From Octopus vulgaris (taxonomy: Eukaryota), in assembly GCA_951406725.2 (NCBI GenBank), contig OX597828.1:26846001-26910000 (forward strand): 64,000 nucleotides of DNA, in the 5' to 3' direction. The position numbers and the translations under genes are program-made. Under the pieces are notes generated by a model, which worked only from the letters and a program-made list of their open reading frames with translations, searched no databases and was not told the origin of the DNA. This document shows, piece by piece, positions 13,261 through 27,155 of this stretch (the stretch's first letter is position 1; each line of letters opens with the position of its first letter).

Positions 13261-14739
13261 TGTCAGTTCAGTCTTTTGCTGATATGGCAGAATAAAAATG
13301 GTAAAAATGTAGTTCTACTCCTCTGCGTATTTGTATTGTTTTGCAAAAAGCCAATTGAGTTTTATATTCACAATTGTCTTTTGCTTCACCATTATATATG
13401 CTTAGAATATACTTCAGCTTCCATAAGAAGTCTGGTACCATCATAGATTCTAAATTATTATTAATATATCTATGGTGCAATGTTCTACAGTAGAATCTTG
13501 GTTTTGTTAGATTTCGGTTTTATATTTTCTAAATACTGGTTATGTTCTTTGACTAATGTATATTATATATATAATTGTGTGTGTAGATATATACATATGT
13601 GTGTGTGTGTGTATAGATATAAATGTATGTATGTGAGTAGATATATATGTTTGTGTATATGTGTGTGTGTGGATATATGTATACATACAGTTAGATTGAT
13701 ATATATTACAAGTATGTGTTTGTAGACATATTGATAGGTGTGTATGTGTATGTATATATATATATATATATATATACTTTACTAGTAGTCATAGCATTTT
13801 ATTGTACAGCCTCGTTTGTTTACTGTAATGTTATGATGTTTGTTTGTATTTTTTAACAAACATAATTCAACTTAAATCGAGAAACGAAAAAATGCATTTT
13901 TGATTATAATTAGAAATATTTTTAAAAATATTCTATTAAATTTTCTCTCTTCCATACAGATATATAATATTCAACTCATTTTCTATTTAAAAAAACCGAA
14001 AAACCTTATTTATCTTTGGAATAATGTCCTACCAAATGCCAATATTTTCTTAACTATCTTATATTGTTGATTTTGAATTGGTGCCAAATATCTTTGAGTA
14101 TTTTAAAAGGAAATGACTTTGTTAAATTTTAGGGATCTTTTGGTTGTCCTTTGCTACCATTTGTAGAATAAAGTGGATTTTCTAGTTTATTTTACCAATA
14201 TTCCTGCAACATTATATTTTTGTTGGGCCTGATTTTATATGTCGATTGAGAAGGAAAATCTCAACCACACGGTTCCAGGTTCAGTCCCATTGCATGCCAC
14301 CTTGGGCAAGTGTCTTCTGTCATAGTCTTGGGTCAACCAAAGCCTTCTGAATGGATTAAGTTGTTGGAAACTGAAGGAAGCTTGTTGTTTGTATGTTTCA
14401 TTTCCAATATCCTGCAACAACGTATCTGGCAATGGAGAAATATTACTTCACTTGAAAACAGGTGAGGGTGCCCAATAGAATGGGCATCCAGTCATAGAAT
14501 ATCTACCTCAATAACTCCATCTGACCCATGCAAGCATAGACATGTGGACATTAAAATGATGATACCTCTGCTGCTGCTGATTGATATGTATTGATTTGGT
14601 TAGCTGGAATCGGACAGGTTGGTGCTATAATACTCTGCCTCTTGTATGGAGTGCATTTCTTCCGCTGTTTGTTTACAAAAGAAATTTGAAATTTGAAAGT
14701 TATGGTGTACAGCATTCAGTATCATCTTCATCAACCTAG

Positions 14740-15720
14740 CTATCTATCCAACCCTCTATGTGTCTAATTATCCGTCCATCCGTCCATCTATCTATCCATC
14801 CCTCTATGTGTCTAATTATCCCTCCCTTCCTCCATCCATCCATCTATCTATCCATCCCTCTATGTGTCTAATTATCCCTCCCTCCATCTATCTATCCATC
14901 CCTCTGTGTCTAATTATCCCTCCCTCCCTCCATCTATATATCTATCCCTCTATGTGTCTAATTATCCCTCCCTCCCTCCATCCATCTATATATCCATCCC
15001 TCTATGTGTCTAATTATCCCTCCCTCCATCCCTCCCTCCATCCATCCATCTATCTATCCATCCCTCTGTGTCTAATTATCCCTCCCTCCCTCCATCCATC
15101 TATATATCCATCCCTCTATGTGTCTAATTATCCCTCCCTCCTTCCCTCCATCCATCCATCCATCTATCCATCCCTCTATGTGTCTAATTATCCCTCCATC
15201 CATCTATCCATCCCTCTGTGTCTAATTATCCCTCCCTCCATCTATCCATCCATCCCTCTATGTGTCTAATTATCCCTCCCTCCCTCCTCCATCCATCATC
15301 CATCTATCTATCCATCCCTCTATGTGTCTAATTATCCCTCCCTCCCTCCCATCTATCTATCTATCCCTCTATGTGTCTAATTATCCCTCCCTCCATCCAT
15401 CCATCTATCTATCCATCCCTCTATGTGTCTAATTATCCCTCCCTCCCTCCATCCATCCATCTATCTATCCATCCCTCTATGTGTCTAATTATCCCTCCCT
15501 CCCTCCCTCCATCTATCTATCTATCCCTCTATGTGTCTAATTATCCCTCCCTCTCTCCATCCATCTATCTATCCATCCCTCTATGTGTCTAATTATCCCT
15601 CCCTCCATCCATCTATCTATCCATCCCTCTATTTGTCTAATTATCCCTCCCTCCCTCCATCTATCTATCCATCCCTCTATGTGTCTAATTATCCCTCCAT
15701 CCATCCATCCATCCTTCCTT
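14740..15720. repeat. Minisatellite: 19 copies of a cctct(at)gtgtctaattatcc core with variable CCCT/CCAT/CTAT spacers
   Basis: Cores counted directly; period about 40-62 bp. Confidence 0.95.
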
Positions 15721-16022
15721 CTTTCTTTCCTGACCCCACCCCTCATTCATCATTTCATCTACCCAACACACATAACATATTTATCTATGCTTTGAAAGAT
15801 TGTTATACCAGGTTTGGTTATGTGGTTAAGAATGCACAGGTGTAGCCGTGCAACCACTTTGCAACCATCATATGGTGAGGTAATAGTCTTCCACCTTAGC
15901 CTCACAAACACTAACACTTTGAGTGTGAATTTGATAGATGACAACTATATGGTTGGCCATCATATCATTCTCTCTTTTTAATGTCCCCTTTTCCATGGTC
16001 ACATGAGGTCAAATGAGATTTT

Positions 16023-16252
16023 CTAATCCTTTCGTTACCAACCCGCCTGAAACCGCCTCTAGCTCTATAGTACAAATATCTTGTTTTTGAAAGTTTTGAA
16101 TCAAAATCTTCCACCAAACCCTGGTCACAATTTATGTTCCTAACCCTAGCTTAACGATAACTAAGTTATTTTACTAAATTCTTTGTTATATTTAGAATTA
16201 ATTGAAGGAAACACAGAGCATCTCAAAAGAAATATAGTAACAAAAGGGTTAA
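16023..16252 (+). mobile_element. TTAA MITE family B
   Basis: TIRs cctttcgttac / gtaacaaaaggg-TTAA; homologous to the outer element at 40732-41185. Confidence 0.8.
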
Positions 16253-16399
16253 GGCTGGTTTTCTTCCGTTGGATGCCCTACCTGATGCCAACCATTCCTT
16301 GTTTCCAAGCCAGCTAATATTTTGCCCCATCCTTCAAACACGAGCAATACAACAGCTGAATATATTGGCTTCAATTTTCAGCACTATGTCTGCAATTTT

Positions 16400-16577
16400 C
16401 ATATATATATGTTACATATATAAATATATAATATATATATATATGTTACATATATAAATATATAATATATATATATATATATATATGTTACATATATAAA
16501 TATATAATATATATATATATATATATGTTACATATATAAATATATAATATATATATATATATATGTTACATATATAA

Positions 16578-16619
<42 letters not shown>

Positions 16620-16826
16620 ACATATATAAATATATAATATATATATATATATATATATGTTACATATATAAATATATAATATATATATATATATATATAT
16701 GTTACATATATAAATATATAATATATATATATATATATATATGTTACATATATAAATATATAATATATATATATATATATATGTTACATATATATATATA
16801 TATATATATATATGTTACATATATAA

Positions 16827-16857
<31 letters not shown>

Positions 16858-16910
16858 GTTACATATATAAATATAATATATATATATATATATATTACAT
16901 ATATATATAA
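16400..16910. repeat. Minisatellite gttacatatataaatatataa(ta)n
   Basis: Directly visible. Confidence 0.95.
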
Positions 16911-17194
16911 AAACCCACCTACAGACTGCAATTAACAATAAACTAGAAAAAATTTTTTTAGTTTATTCTTTCTGTGTGACCAAAAACCAAATGACCCATG
17001 GCTTGATACCGGTCCACATGTAAATGGTTGAGGTGCCCTACTCTAAAGTTCTGTTTCTTAATGTGGGTGGTACCGCCTCTTGGGTGGAGGTAGTTGGAAA
17101 TTTATCTGCTGGAGACAAATGATACATCTCTGTAATTGCTCTTAAGTTTTTTGTCTTTTATTCAAATATTAACTTTTGCCTTTTTGTGAGTTTC

Positions 17195-17570
17195 TCTTTT
17201 ACCTTTTGCATGTTTCACTCATTGGACTGCAGCCATGCTGGAGCACTGCTCTGAAGGGTTTAATCAAACAAATCGACCCCCACCCCGTCCCCACTGTACA
17301 TAATTTTTTAAGTCTGGTACGTATTCTAGTTGTTCATTTCTCCAATCCACTAAGTTACAGGGATGTAAACAAACCAACACTAGTTAACATATAGTGTGGA
17401 GACACACACACACAACCACATACACATAAAATGGTATCTATCTCTGAAGGCATTGATCGGCCTGTGGCTGTAGTAGAAGAAACTTTCCCAGGGTGCCATG
17501 AACTGGGACTGAACCCAGAATCCTGTGGTTTGCAAAGAGCACTTCTGAACCACACAGCCTTTACCTGCAA
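17195..17570 (-). mobile_element. SINE family 1, diverged
   Basis: Reverse complement aligns with family 1. Confidence 0.75.
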
Positions 17571-18949
17571 CTATAAATGTAAGTAATTTCTAATTAAAGT
17601 ATTTCAGTAAGTTTATTATTTGATTTGATACACCATCAACAAATCCACAACAACTACATAAATATTGGAATAAAAGAAAATATACAAACAACAGCCATAA
17701 CGCTGACCCCCAAGTGTCTGAATGTGAAAAGATAAAGCAATTTATCCATTTTACATAGAAAGAACCTTCACTTAATTACTTTATGATCCATTATGTTTAG
17801 TTCGGAGGAATATTTCTTGTAAATAAATTAGAAGCACAGACACGTTTTAGTTTATTTTTATTTTTACAGGTTATAAGAGAGAGAGAGAAGACAGGTATGT
17901 GGGTGGATGGTTGAAAGAGGTAGGTGAGTGATTCTTACATGAGTGGAGAAAGAAGGCAAAAAAAAAAAAACACATTTAGATGCCATTTGAAATGAAGAAA
18001 TAAAATAAAGAAGGCATAGAAGATAATAAAAGGACAGTTTTGATTGGCTGTGACAATGTTGTCTGCCCTCCCCTCCTCTTTTCTCTTCAGGCTTCTGTCT
18101 AATTATCACCAGAAAACAACCAAAAAATATGGCAAAAAAAAATAATAAATAAAAATAAAAAGAATCCATTGTACTGGAGTTTCTTAAGTTTAGAGCAAAG
18201 CGAAGAAGGTTTCTTCTTACAGAGACTTGATATCACAATAAAAATCTTCCTGCTGGTTGTCACGGAAATATCCCTGACTAGTGGGCAGCTTTTATTCAAA
18301 TATTGATTGACCCATACTACCCATTGGGGTGCCATGTTCTTCATGAATGTGTTTGCCTCTTGTTGCAGAAGAATCATAAGAACAATAAACGATGCCTTTA
18401 TGAACTTTCCCTTTCATCCATATGTAATTTAATCTTGCTTATTCTTTACCAAATATCATCGACCACCTTCCTTCCTCTCTTCCTCCTCCTCTTCCTCCTC
18501 CCTTTCAGTATCATAGTAAAATTACACAACTTTCTTGAAATTTTCCCACCCTTCGTTTTCTCTCTCTTCTTCTGATTTTTCTCTGTTCTCTCCATTATGA
18601 TTCCATAGAATTCCCTTGTCTTTTCCCAACACTTTCTGTCTTGTTAAATGCAATTTTTCAATCCACTATTACGATTTGCTCCAATGAATTTTCACTAGAT
18701 TACGTAAGAAATTATTTAGTCATTCTGATGAAGATTTTCTTCCTGGTTTTATTCCAAGAATGCAATGTATATTTGTATGCTCACACACTGCTGTCACTCT
18801 TTCTATATGTATGTGTGTCCATATATGTATATATATATATTTATTTATTTATAGTTTGTCTCTCTCTCTCTCTATGTATATATATATAGTATAGTATAGA
18901 AATATATCTAAAGACAGGTATCCATATGCTCATATAGAGAACAAGCATG

Positions 18950-19003
<54 letters not shown>

Positions 19004-19668
19004 GGGAAAATTGAAGATAGAGAGACAATTATAGTATATATATAATTTCATTTCGTATATGTATTTCAAAAATATGTTGAGATTTAGTTATACCAGGCAA
19101 ATAGTATATGATGTCTCTATGATAGACAGACTTTGTGACGACAAGGTCTGAATTCAGTCCGAGTAGCAGAAGTTTATACGAAGGAGTCACAATGAGGGGG
19201 CAAGCGTTGTCATTCCATGAGATGAAAGCTTAAACTAAATAATTATATTACATATGACTTCTGTGAGATGAAAGCTAAGCTAAATTATTATATTATATAT
19301 AATTTTATTCAATATACATATTTAGGAAATATGTCAATATTTAGTTGTAAAATTTGTTAAATTTAGTTACACCTCGAAATTGCATACGATGTCTCCATGA
19401 TAACAGACTTTGTATCCAGCCCAAGCAGACATGTGTTGCTGTAATCACCTACCCCGGCATGACTTTTCTAACAACAAATAACAACTCTACTCATCCAACT
19501 TTGTTAATAGTTATAAAAATAATTTAACACTCTTCCACCCCACCCAATCTCTTTTCTATCACACCTTAAAAAAATAGGACTCTGTCTGAAATGTTGGCAC
19601 TTCATCTCCACATTTCTGCCTATCTGTTCTTCTCTCTTTATCTCTCTCCCTCCATATACATACATACT

Positions 19669-19700
<32 letters not shown>

Positions 19701-20035
19701 TGGAGAGAGAGAGAGAGAGAGAGAAACTTTGGTTTACAAATTTAATTTGTTCCTGAAGGCTATTTCTCACCGGAAATGTTTGTAAGCCAAAACTAATTTC
19801 CCCATTGGAACTTCAAGAGAAGGCATGGTGCATTCAAGCAGGAATGTGCACAGAGTGAAAGCTAGATCCCAATTGATGCCCTCCTGCTGATACTCCCAGC
19901 TTGGAACCAACCGTTGTTGGTGGTCTGTGCATTCATTACTCAAGACACCATTCATCACCTGAAATGTTTCATGTTCAAAACTTTGCTTGTAAACTGATTT
20001 GTCTGTGATGAGAGGCATTTGTAAACCACGGGTCC

Positions 20036-20084
<49 letters not shown>

Positions 20085-20116
20085 ATATGTGTGTGTGTGT
20101 GTGTATATATATATAT

Positions 20117-20453
20117 ACTCTTTACTCTTTTACTTGTTTCAGTCATTTGACTGCGGCCATGCTGGAGCACCGCCTTTAGTCGAGCAAATCAACCCCAGGA
20201 CTTATTCATTGTAAGCCTAGTACTTATTCTATCGTGCTCCTATCGGTTGTCAAGCGATGTTGGGGGGACAAACACAGACACGCACATACATATATATGAC
20301 GGACTTCTTTCAGTTTCCATCTACCAAATCCACTCACAAGGCTTTGGTCGGCCCGAGGCTATAGTAGAAGACACTTGCCCAAGGTGCCACACAATGGGAC
20401 TGAACCCGGAACCATGTGGCTCGTAAACAAGCAACTTACCACACAGCCACTCC
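20117..20453 (-). mobile_element. SINE family 1 with internal deletion
   Basis: Reverse complement aligns with family 1. Confidence 0.9.
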
Positions 20454-20773
20454 TATATATATATATATATATGTAAATTTTTAGGATTCGAAAGAATTAG
20501 GCACTTAAATAGTAAAAGCACGAAGGTAGAATCAGGGAAAGTGCATTTATGTACCGACAATGTATACTAGCTTATATGGACTTAGTAAAGTAACTATGGC
20601 TTTGCCCTTCCAGTTATGCATTCACAAGTAACTGACTGAATATACGTGTCATCAATGTCATACAGGCGTGTACACTCACTGTATGTATTCCACTTTGAGT
20701 ATAGACTTCAGATCTGCGTGTATGGAAGGTTTCAACTTAGGTGAAGAATAAATTATAACAGATGAATTGTGGT

Positions 20774-20860
20774 TTCAGTATAGCTGTTTCAAATGGGTCC
20801 TTTATTGATGAACAAATGGTTACATTATGCAAGAAAAAAACCCCATTTTCATCGGGTGAA
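20774..20860 (-). ncRNA. Degenerate type I hammerhead with long stem II (core CCGAUGA)
   Basis: ttcac-CCGATGA-AAATGGG...CCCATTT-GAAA-cagcta-TA-ctgaa; three deviations from canonical. Confidence 0.5.
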
Positions 20861-21987
20861 TACAGGTAAGGATAAGCAATTAGAGCTTCTTGCAAAACAG
20901 GACATAATGCCAGATGACCCCCACCCCCAACTTGATTTCAGGTTAGGTGGTCATTAAAGTGAATTTACATGATTATGAGTGTATCAAGTGAGTAATTCCA
21001 AGAAGCAAATGACCAGTAAGAACATTATGAAAGGGAGTAGCAGTTTTGAGTTTGATTCAGTCATGATGGAGGATTTTTGACAGTGTTAGAATGTTGATGT
21101 GGACCTGTTAGGTGTCATGCTCATGAAACAGGCTAAGTCCTTTGATACAAAATTTAAGAAAGGAAGAAAGGATAAAACAAATGAATGACTCTTCTCTACA
21201 TAATGTGGAGAAGACTTGAAAGGTAATGTTGAGATGTCGAAACCATAATAATTTCTGTTAGGTTGCTGATGATGGGCATATACATTTGATGCGCATAGTA
21301 TTTGTTAACTACTATTGCAGGCGGGGTGACTATCTGCAAGTGCCAGCCCCATGTGTCAGAGTAACTGTTCCAGAACATCTCCACTATCCTGTGAGCCTGT
21401 CCCTTTTCCATTTTGTCCACTGGGAACATGAGGCAGCCTGACCGGTCTTTTTAGCTATTTCGTTGCTGTGAAGAAGAGGAAAGATATGAGGATGTTAGGC
21501 TGCCTAGTTATCTGTGGACTTTAAAACTGTTGCCCTCTCTAATACTACAATGGTTCTTTGATCAGACGTATCTATAGTATTGTGAAGAAGGGAATGCACA
21601 ATGTTGGCAGATAACAATGCTGGGAGTTCAAACAGCAGAATAAATATTACATGGAAACAGAGAAGGCTGATGTTGTCGAGAGAAATCTTAGCTGGTGGGG
21701 GGGTGGGGGGATGATATGTTTGCAGGTGATACAGGGAGAAATAAACTGGGATTAGCAAGATTATGGTGAGGAATGAGGAAGGAGGCAGAAGAGGAGAAGG
21801 TAATGAGTATCAAAAGAGTGATGTGCCACTAACAGTTATTTTGAGAAGAAAATAGTAATTCTAAGAGATTTGAAAAGTGGTGAGTGGGAGAGGGGACAGA
21901 AATAATGGCATTAAAGCATTACACCTCCACACACACGTGAAGAACATGGCTGTGTGTCTATTAATCTCTTTTTCTTCATATGTATAT

Positions 21988-22430
21988 ATCATCATCATCG
22001 TCCGTTTTCCATGTTAGCATAGGTTGGACGGTACGACCGGGGTCTGGGGAGCCAGGAGGCTGCACCAGGCTCCAGTGTGATCTAGCAGTGTTTCTACAGC
22101 TGGATGCCCTTCCTAACGCCAACCACTCCGTGAGTGTAGTTGGTGCTTTTTACGTGCTACCGGCACAGGTGCCAGGTGAGGCTGACAATGACCATGACCA
22201 GTTGGTGCTTTTTACATGCCACCAGTCAAGGCAGCGCTGGCATCGGCCATGTTCAGATGGTGCTTTTTACGTGCCACCAGCACGGGGGTCACAACTACAA
22301 TTTCCATTGATTTTTGATGTTGATGTACTTGACTCAATAGCACAGGGTTGAAACGGTGTTTCTTTACTTACCACCTGCACAGGAGTCAGTCCAGCGGCAT
22401 TGGCAATGGCCAGGTGCCAGTCATAGGATT
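21988..22430 (-). mobile_element. Family 3 retroposon (RTE-like 3' end, (GAT)n tail) with internal ggtgctttttac subrepeats
   Basis: ggcgttaggaagggcatccagctgtagaaac..aacggacg..gatgatg on minus. Other copies at 5903-6048, 7990-8148, 10874-11080, 26838-27050, 36700-36880 (+) and 51148-51612. Confidence 0.8.
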
Positions 22431-22489
22431 TGGTTCAATTTCGATTTCAATGCCTTTTCTACAGATCAAACAGGTATATATATGATATA

Positions 22490-22648
22490 TATGTAGACAA
22501 CAAACAGATGTATTAACTTAATGCTCGGGAAGTGAAAAAGTTTTTAACGTTTCGAGCCTATGCTTTTCCACAGAAAGAAACACAGAAAGAAACAATGAGA
22601 GAAAATAAAGAATGTGTAGTGGCTAGCGATCTATCATGGCGAATGATA
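22490..22648 (-). mobile_element. Short HHR-like element, family B copy 1 (core CUGUGGA at 22543-22576)
   Basis: Reverse complement aligns with 55880-56075 (cgccatgatagatcg.tagccactac...tttCTGTnGAAnAGy.TAGGCTCGAAACGT...taatacatctgtttgtt); flanked by TA repeats. Confidence 0.7.
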
Positions 22649-22843
22649 TATATATGTGTATATATATATATATGATGAGCTTCTTTCAGCTTCCATCTAC
22701 CAAATTCACTCACAAGGCTTTGGTCAGCCTGAAACTATAGTAGAAGACACTTGCTCAAGGTGCCAAGCAGTGGGACTGAACCCAGAACCTTGTGGTTGGG
22801 AAGCAAGTTTCTTACTACACAACCACGACCATATATGCACCTA

Positions 22844-22934
22844 TATATATGTCCTAATAAGTAGGATGGTAGATAAACCACAAATGCCTTCAGGTAGTGG
22901 TTTATCTACCTTCCTACTTATTAGGACATATATA
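22844..22934. repeat. Hairpin with 38-bp arms and 15-nt spacer, within TA repeats
   Basis: gtcctaataagtaggatggtagataaaccac / gtggtttatctaccttcctacttattaggac, one mismatch. Confidence 0.9.
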
Positions 22935-24429
22935 TTTATATATATATGATTTAGTGTTGTTTGTATTTTTAATTACAAAGATATGGAGGCACCAAAATCT
23001 TTTAAGTTCTTAAGGCTTCTATGGGTCTTAATCCTGTCCTGGGTGAATGGATAGGTAAAAATTGCAAGTGTGAACGAAGAATGACAGGTGAATAAAGTGT
23101 ATGGTGAACTTGGTTGGAGGCGTGGTCAATGGTGAATATCAGTTTGAAGTGGGGAAGGTGAGGAAACAGGATTGGATCAGGCAACTGAGAACAAAACAAA
23201 ACACCAAACAGAAATACAACATATGTGAAACACATCACATATTCTCTAACTTTATGCATCAAAGAAACACGCCATTCAACAAAACCACACCATGCTACCG
23301 GTAAAAAAAAAAAAAAAGGACAGGATGGTCATGGCTGGAATGCCTTTGATCATAGTTCTGCTTGATCCAAGCTGACCTGGAGCTAAATGCGCATCAACAT
23401 TAGGATCATATTAAAATATATCCAAAGAAATTTCTCAATATCTACCAATGAAATATCAATATCTTTTAGTGAACTGAAGCCAATGGCATTCCTCTATTAT
23501 TTGATGTAGAAAAAGCTCTTTGAAAGAAATGTACCAGTTGACTCTACATTATAACCCTAACCCTAACCAACACCAACCAGGGACTCCACTCTGTATAACT
23601 ATTATTTAACCTGTTAGAAATATGAGTTAAATCCCCCCCTCCCCTCAAATTACACCCCTAATATCTTAAAAAGGAGATTTTAGAGAAATTTGGGTACTCG
23701 GAAACTTTAAAGAAAATTAGAAAAGGATGGTTATGACTGGAATGTCTTTAATCATAAATCTTCTTGACCAGAGATTATCTGATCTGGGGCTAAACAACAA
23801 CAACAACAACACACTAAAACTTAGATATGTGTGTTTGTATGTATGTACGTATGTATGTATGTATGAATATGCATATGTATATCCATCCATTAATCCACAC
23901 ACACATCTATATGTATATATAAATGTGTGTGTGTGTGTCTTTAAAGAAATTTTTCAATAAAGTCTTATGAATAATTTATCTCTGTCTCTTCGTCAACCAA
24001 AGCCAATAGCATTCTCATATCATTTGATGTAGGAAACAAAAATCCTTGAAAGAAGAATGTACCAGATGACATTGTTGTTTCAACCCAATATTTAAATTTC
24101 ATTTGAATCCGAGGGAACCTCTATGCAATAGCTTGACCTGCTAAAAATAGCAGGCAAATAAAAAGTCTCTCTCAAATGACACCCTGTGCATAGAATGTGT
24201 CTGGATAGCAGCAGACTAAGAATACCATTTGGAAAGAATTGAAAAAGAAAATCCAGATGAGGCACAGATGGAGCCGTGTGGTAAGAGGTTTGCTTCCCAA
24301 CTCCATGGTTCTGGTTTCAGTCCCACTGCTTGGTGCCTTGGAAAAGTAGAGTCTATTATAAACCCAGGCTGACCATAGTCCTGTGAGTGGATTTGATAGA
24401 CAGACACTGAAAGAAGTATGTATGTACGT

Positions 24430-25070
24430 CTCTTCTATTTTAAAATTATTTAAAATCTTCCACAGAGGAGGGAGCCAGTTTCCAACAAAGATACAAGGCT
24501 CTATCTTTTGGATGTAGTTAACACAGACAAATTCACATTTGGAACTTGAGAAAAGTCTTGCATATTTTTACTGTTCCACTCACAGATTGCACTTGTACGG
24601 ATCAGCTGATCAATTTCACTTTCTGAAAATCCCAGATTCTCCTTTAAACATTCAGTAACAAAACTTAGTGCTCCAATTATCATTGATATGAATATGAATT
24701 CGTAGTCTGGATATAGAATCTGGAGCTTTCGAAGCAGTTGTCCATAAATATCCTCTTTTTCTTTGATTTTCAAAGAGATATTTGTAGCTGCAGGACAGCT
24801 GACCTCTATGATGTTATATCATAGAGGTCAGCTTTTCCCCTTTGCCCCAAACAGCAATATCCGGCCTGTTATGTTTACATTTGACAGAAGTTTTGATCGG
24901 AATATTCCGCGGCTGTGTGGTAAGTAGCTTGCTAACCAACCACATGGTTCCGGGTTCAGTCCCACTGCGTGGCATATTGGGCAAATGTCTTCTGCTATAG
25001 CCCCGGGCCGACCAAAGCCTTGTGAGTGGATTTGGTAGACGGAAACTGAAAGAAGCCTGTCATATATATG

Positions 25071-25101
<31 letters not shown>

Positions 25102-25625
25102 ATGTGTTTGTGTGTGTGTTTGTCCCCCTAGCATTGCTTGACAACCGATGCTGGTGTGTTTACGTCCCCGTCACCTAGCGGTTCGGCAAAAGAGGCCGAT
25201 AGAATAAGTACTGGGCTTACAAAGAATAAGTGCCGGGGTCGATTTGCTCAACTAAAGGCGGTGCTCCAGCATGGCCGCAGTCAAATGACTGAAACAAGTA
25301 AAAGAGTAAAAGAGTAATATTCCTTGAGTTGGTGTTTATAAATGTATTCCATAACAGAAGGATTTTTCAAGTTTATTTCAGGACAGTCTTTTTTGCGGAT
25401 GGCATTGTAAATTGTCTTAGCAACAAACTTGTGCCACATAAGGGAGTAGTACTGAGATGACATTTTAGGACAGCTGCTAAACACATGCGTGATGTCTTCC
25501 ACAGAAACATGACATAGCCTACACATGTGGTTACACCTTGGAATTACAAGAGCGTCGCTGCCTCTCTTATTCACCAGGTACTTTGTGGCAGTCTCCAGTT
25601 CCTGGATTACTAATGCATAGCCTGT
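24430..25625 (-). mobile_element. 3' fragment of an RLE-type (R4/Dong-like) non-LTR retrotransposon, interrupted by a SINE
   Basis: CRLCHVSVEDITHVFSSC zinc knuckle, then NIPIKTSVKCKHNRPDIAVW (PD..D nuclease motif) and K.KEK...Y..L / IIGAL motifs. Confidence 0.85.
24909..25315 (+). mobile_element. tRNA-derived CORE-like SINE (family 1), young copy
   Basis: Head ggctgtgtggtaag..ggttcagtccc (A/B-box-like), ttgggcaa.tgtctt CORE-like segment, internal (TA)/(TG) tract, (gtaaaaga)n tail; more than 20 copies or fragments in the window. Confidence 0.9.
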
Positions 25626-27155
25626 ATGTCTGTCTGTCTGTCTGTCTTGTGATATCAGGTGGTAGTTGTGAATGATTGCCCTCCTCTGCTATGCAATCAA
25701 TGTCATTTATTGCTACTCTGGGAAAAATGTGCCCAGCCATGGGAAAAATTTACCTTACTCGGAAACAGGTGAGGATTGGTCACAGATGTGTGTGTGTGCA
25801 TATATTTGTGTATGTGTCATGATGATGATGATGATGGTTTTGTCATCTTGTCAGATAATTGCCATCTCTCATTCAGTCTGATGGATCTGATTTTGTTGTA
25901 TTTGGGGATGGTCATGTTGCCAATTTAGCCAATAAAAACACACACATTATATATTTGGTGTTCATTTGCTTCAGCTTTATTTTATATTAATTGTATTTTG
26001 GCCAGAGTTCTTGCATCACACTCTGTGACCTCATCAGTGGTCCTTTGCTTTCTTCTTTCTTTTTTGTGTGTCTTTTCATGTTGTTCACCAACTGACCTTT
26101 CCTCTAAAAACTTCAGTGGAATCAGTCGATCTCCATACACAAATTATTTTCCTCCTCCTGAAACTTATAAAAAATGTATACATATTAGGTGTACATCTCT
26201 ATAAGCTGCACTCTAAATTTTCCAGATAAAAAATAGTGTCTTATACACCGAAAAATATGTTAATTGTACTGGCAGTGACAAGTTCACTTGCTGGTTAGTA
26301 GTCTAGAAGTGGCTGTCTGCCGGAAGAAAGGATAAATGTAGCATCGTCTTTCTTGCAGCTGAAAGCTTCTATTTTGTGTCAGCAATGACCAAGGAGCAAC
26401 ACTTTTTCTTTGTCCTTCACTCAACATACGAATAGAACAGAGTGGTAATATTTAGTAGAGATGACCCAGAAGTTGTTCCTCTTTGATTACTATCGCAAAC
26501 AGCAGTAGCTTTCTTTAACTGAATACACGTTGTTGATAGGTTAAAATTACCTAAATACGACAACTTTAACATGAAATAACTTCTAAAATATGAAATTTTG
26601 TCAAAAACGTTCAAAGTAAACCATATTCTGCATGAGAAATTACACTAGTATACGAAGTTTCAAACTGTTTAGTTAAAAAAAAAATTAAATCTGTGAGTCA
26701 AACTGGACAGGTCCAAGATTTTATTGTTAAAAATTTATGTGAAGTGAATTGGTTATACTTCTACAATACACAAGAATATTTTAATATTCTTATACAATTT
26801 CTTATAATATTCAATTCTAAAAATACAGAGATGTACTTGCATAGGTTGGACGGTTCGACCGGGGTCTGGGAAGCCAGAAGGCTGCACCAGGCTCCAGTCT
26901 GATCTGGCAGTGTTTCTACAGCTGGATGCCCTTCCTAACGCCAACCACTCCATGAGTGTAGTGGGTGCTTTTTACGTGCTACCGGCATAGGTGCCAGGGG
27001 GGGCTGACAATGACCATGATCAGTTGGTGCTTTTTACATGCCACCAGTCATGAGATTGTGTGCTTGAACGAAAACAATTGCAGCGTGGAAGGTGTTTATA
27101 AGCCATTTAAAAAAACCCACAAACCCTTCAGTTTCACTTCAACATTTAAATTTAA

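Noticed and set aside
14740-15720. CRISPR-like repeat/spacer appearance
   Set aside because: Spacers are variants of the same tetranucleotide repeats, there are no cas genes, and the DNA is eukaryotic.
23552-23568. taaccctaaccctaacc telomere-like repeat
   Set aside because: Under three units; not evidence of a fusion or telomere addition.
24909-24980. tRNA gene candidates at SINE heads
   Set aside because: A/B-box-like motifs without a full cloverleaf, and they continue into SINE bodies.
24901-25323. Apparent 8-bp TSD (aatattcc) around the SINE
   Set aside because: Removing one copy frameshifts the LINE, whereas keeping both gives KEY..NIPIKT in line with the RLE motif, so it is probably a pre-existing repeat.
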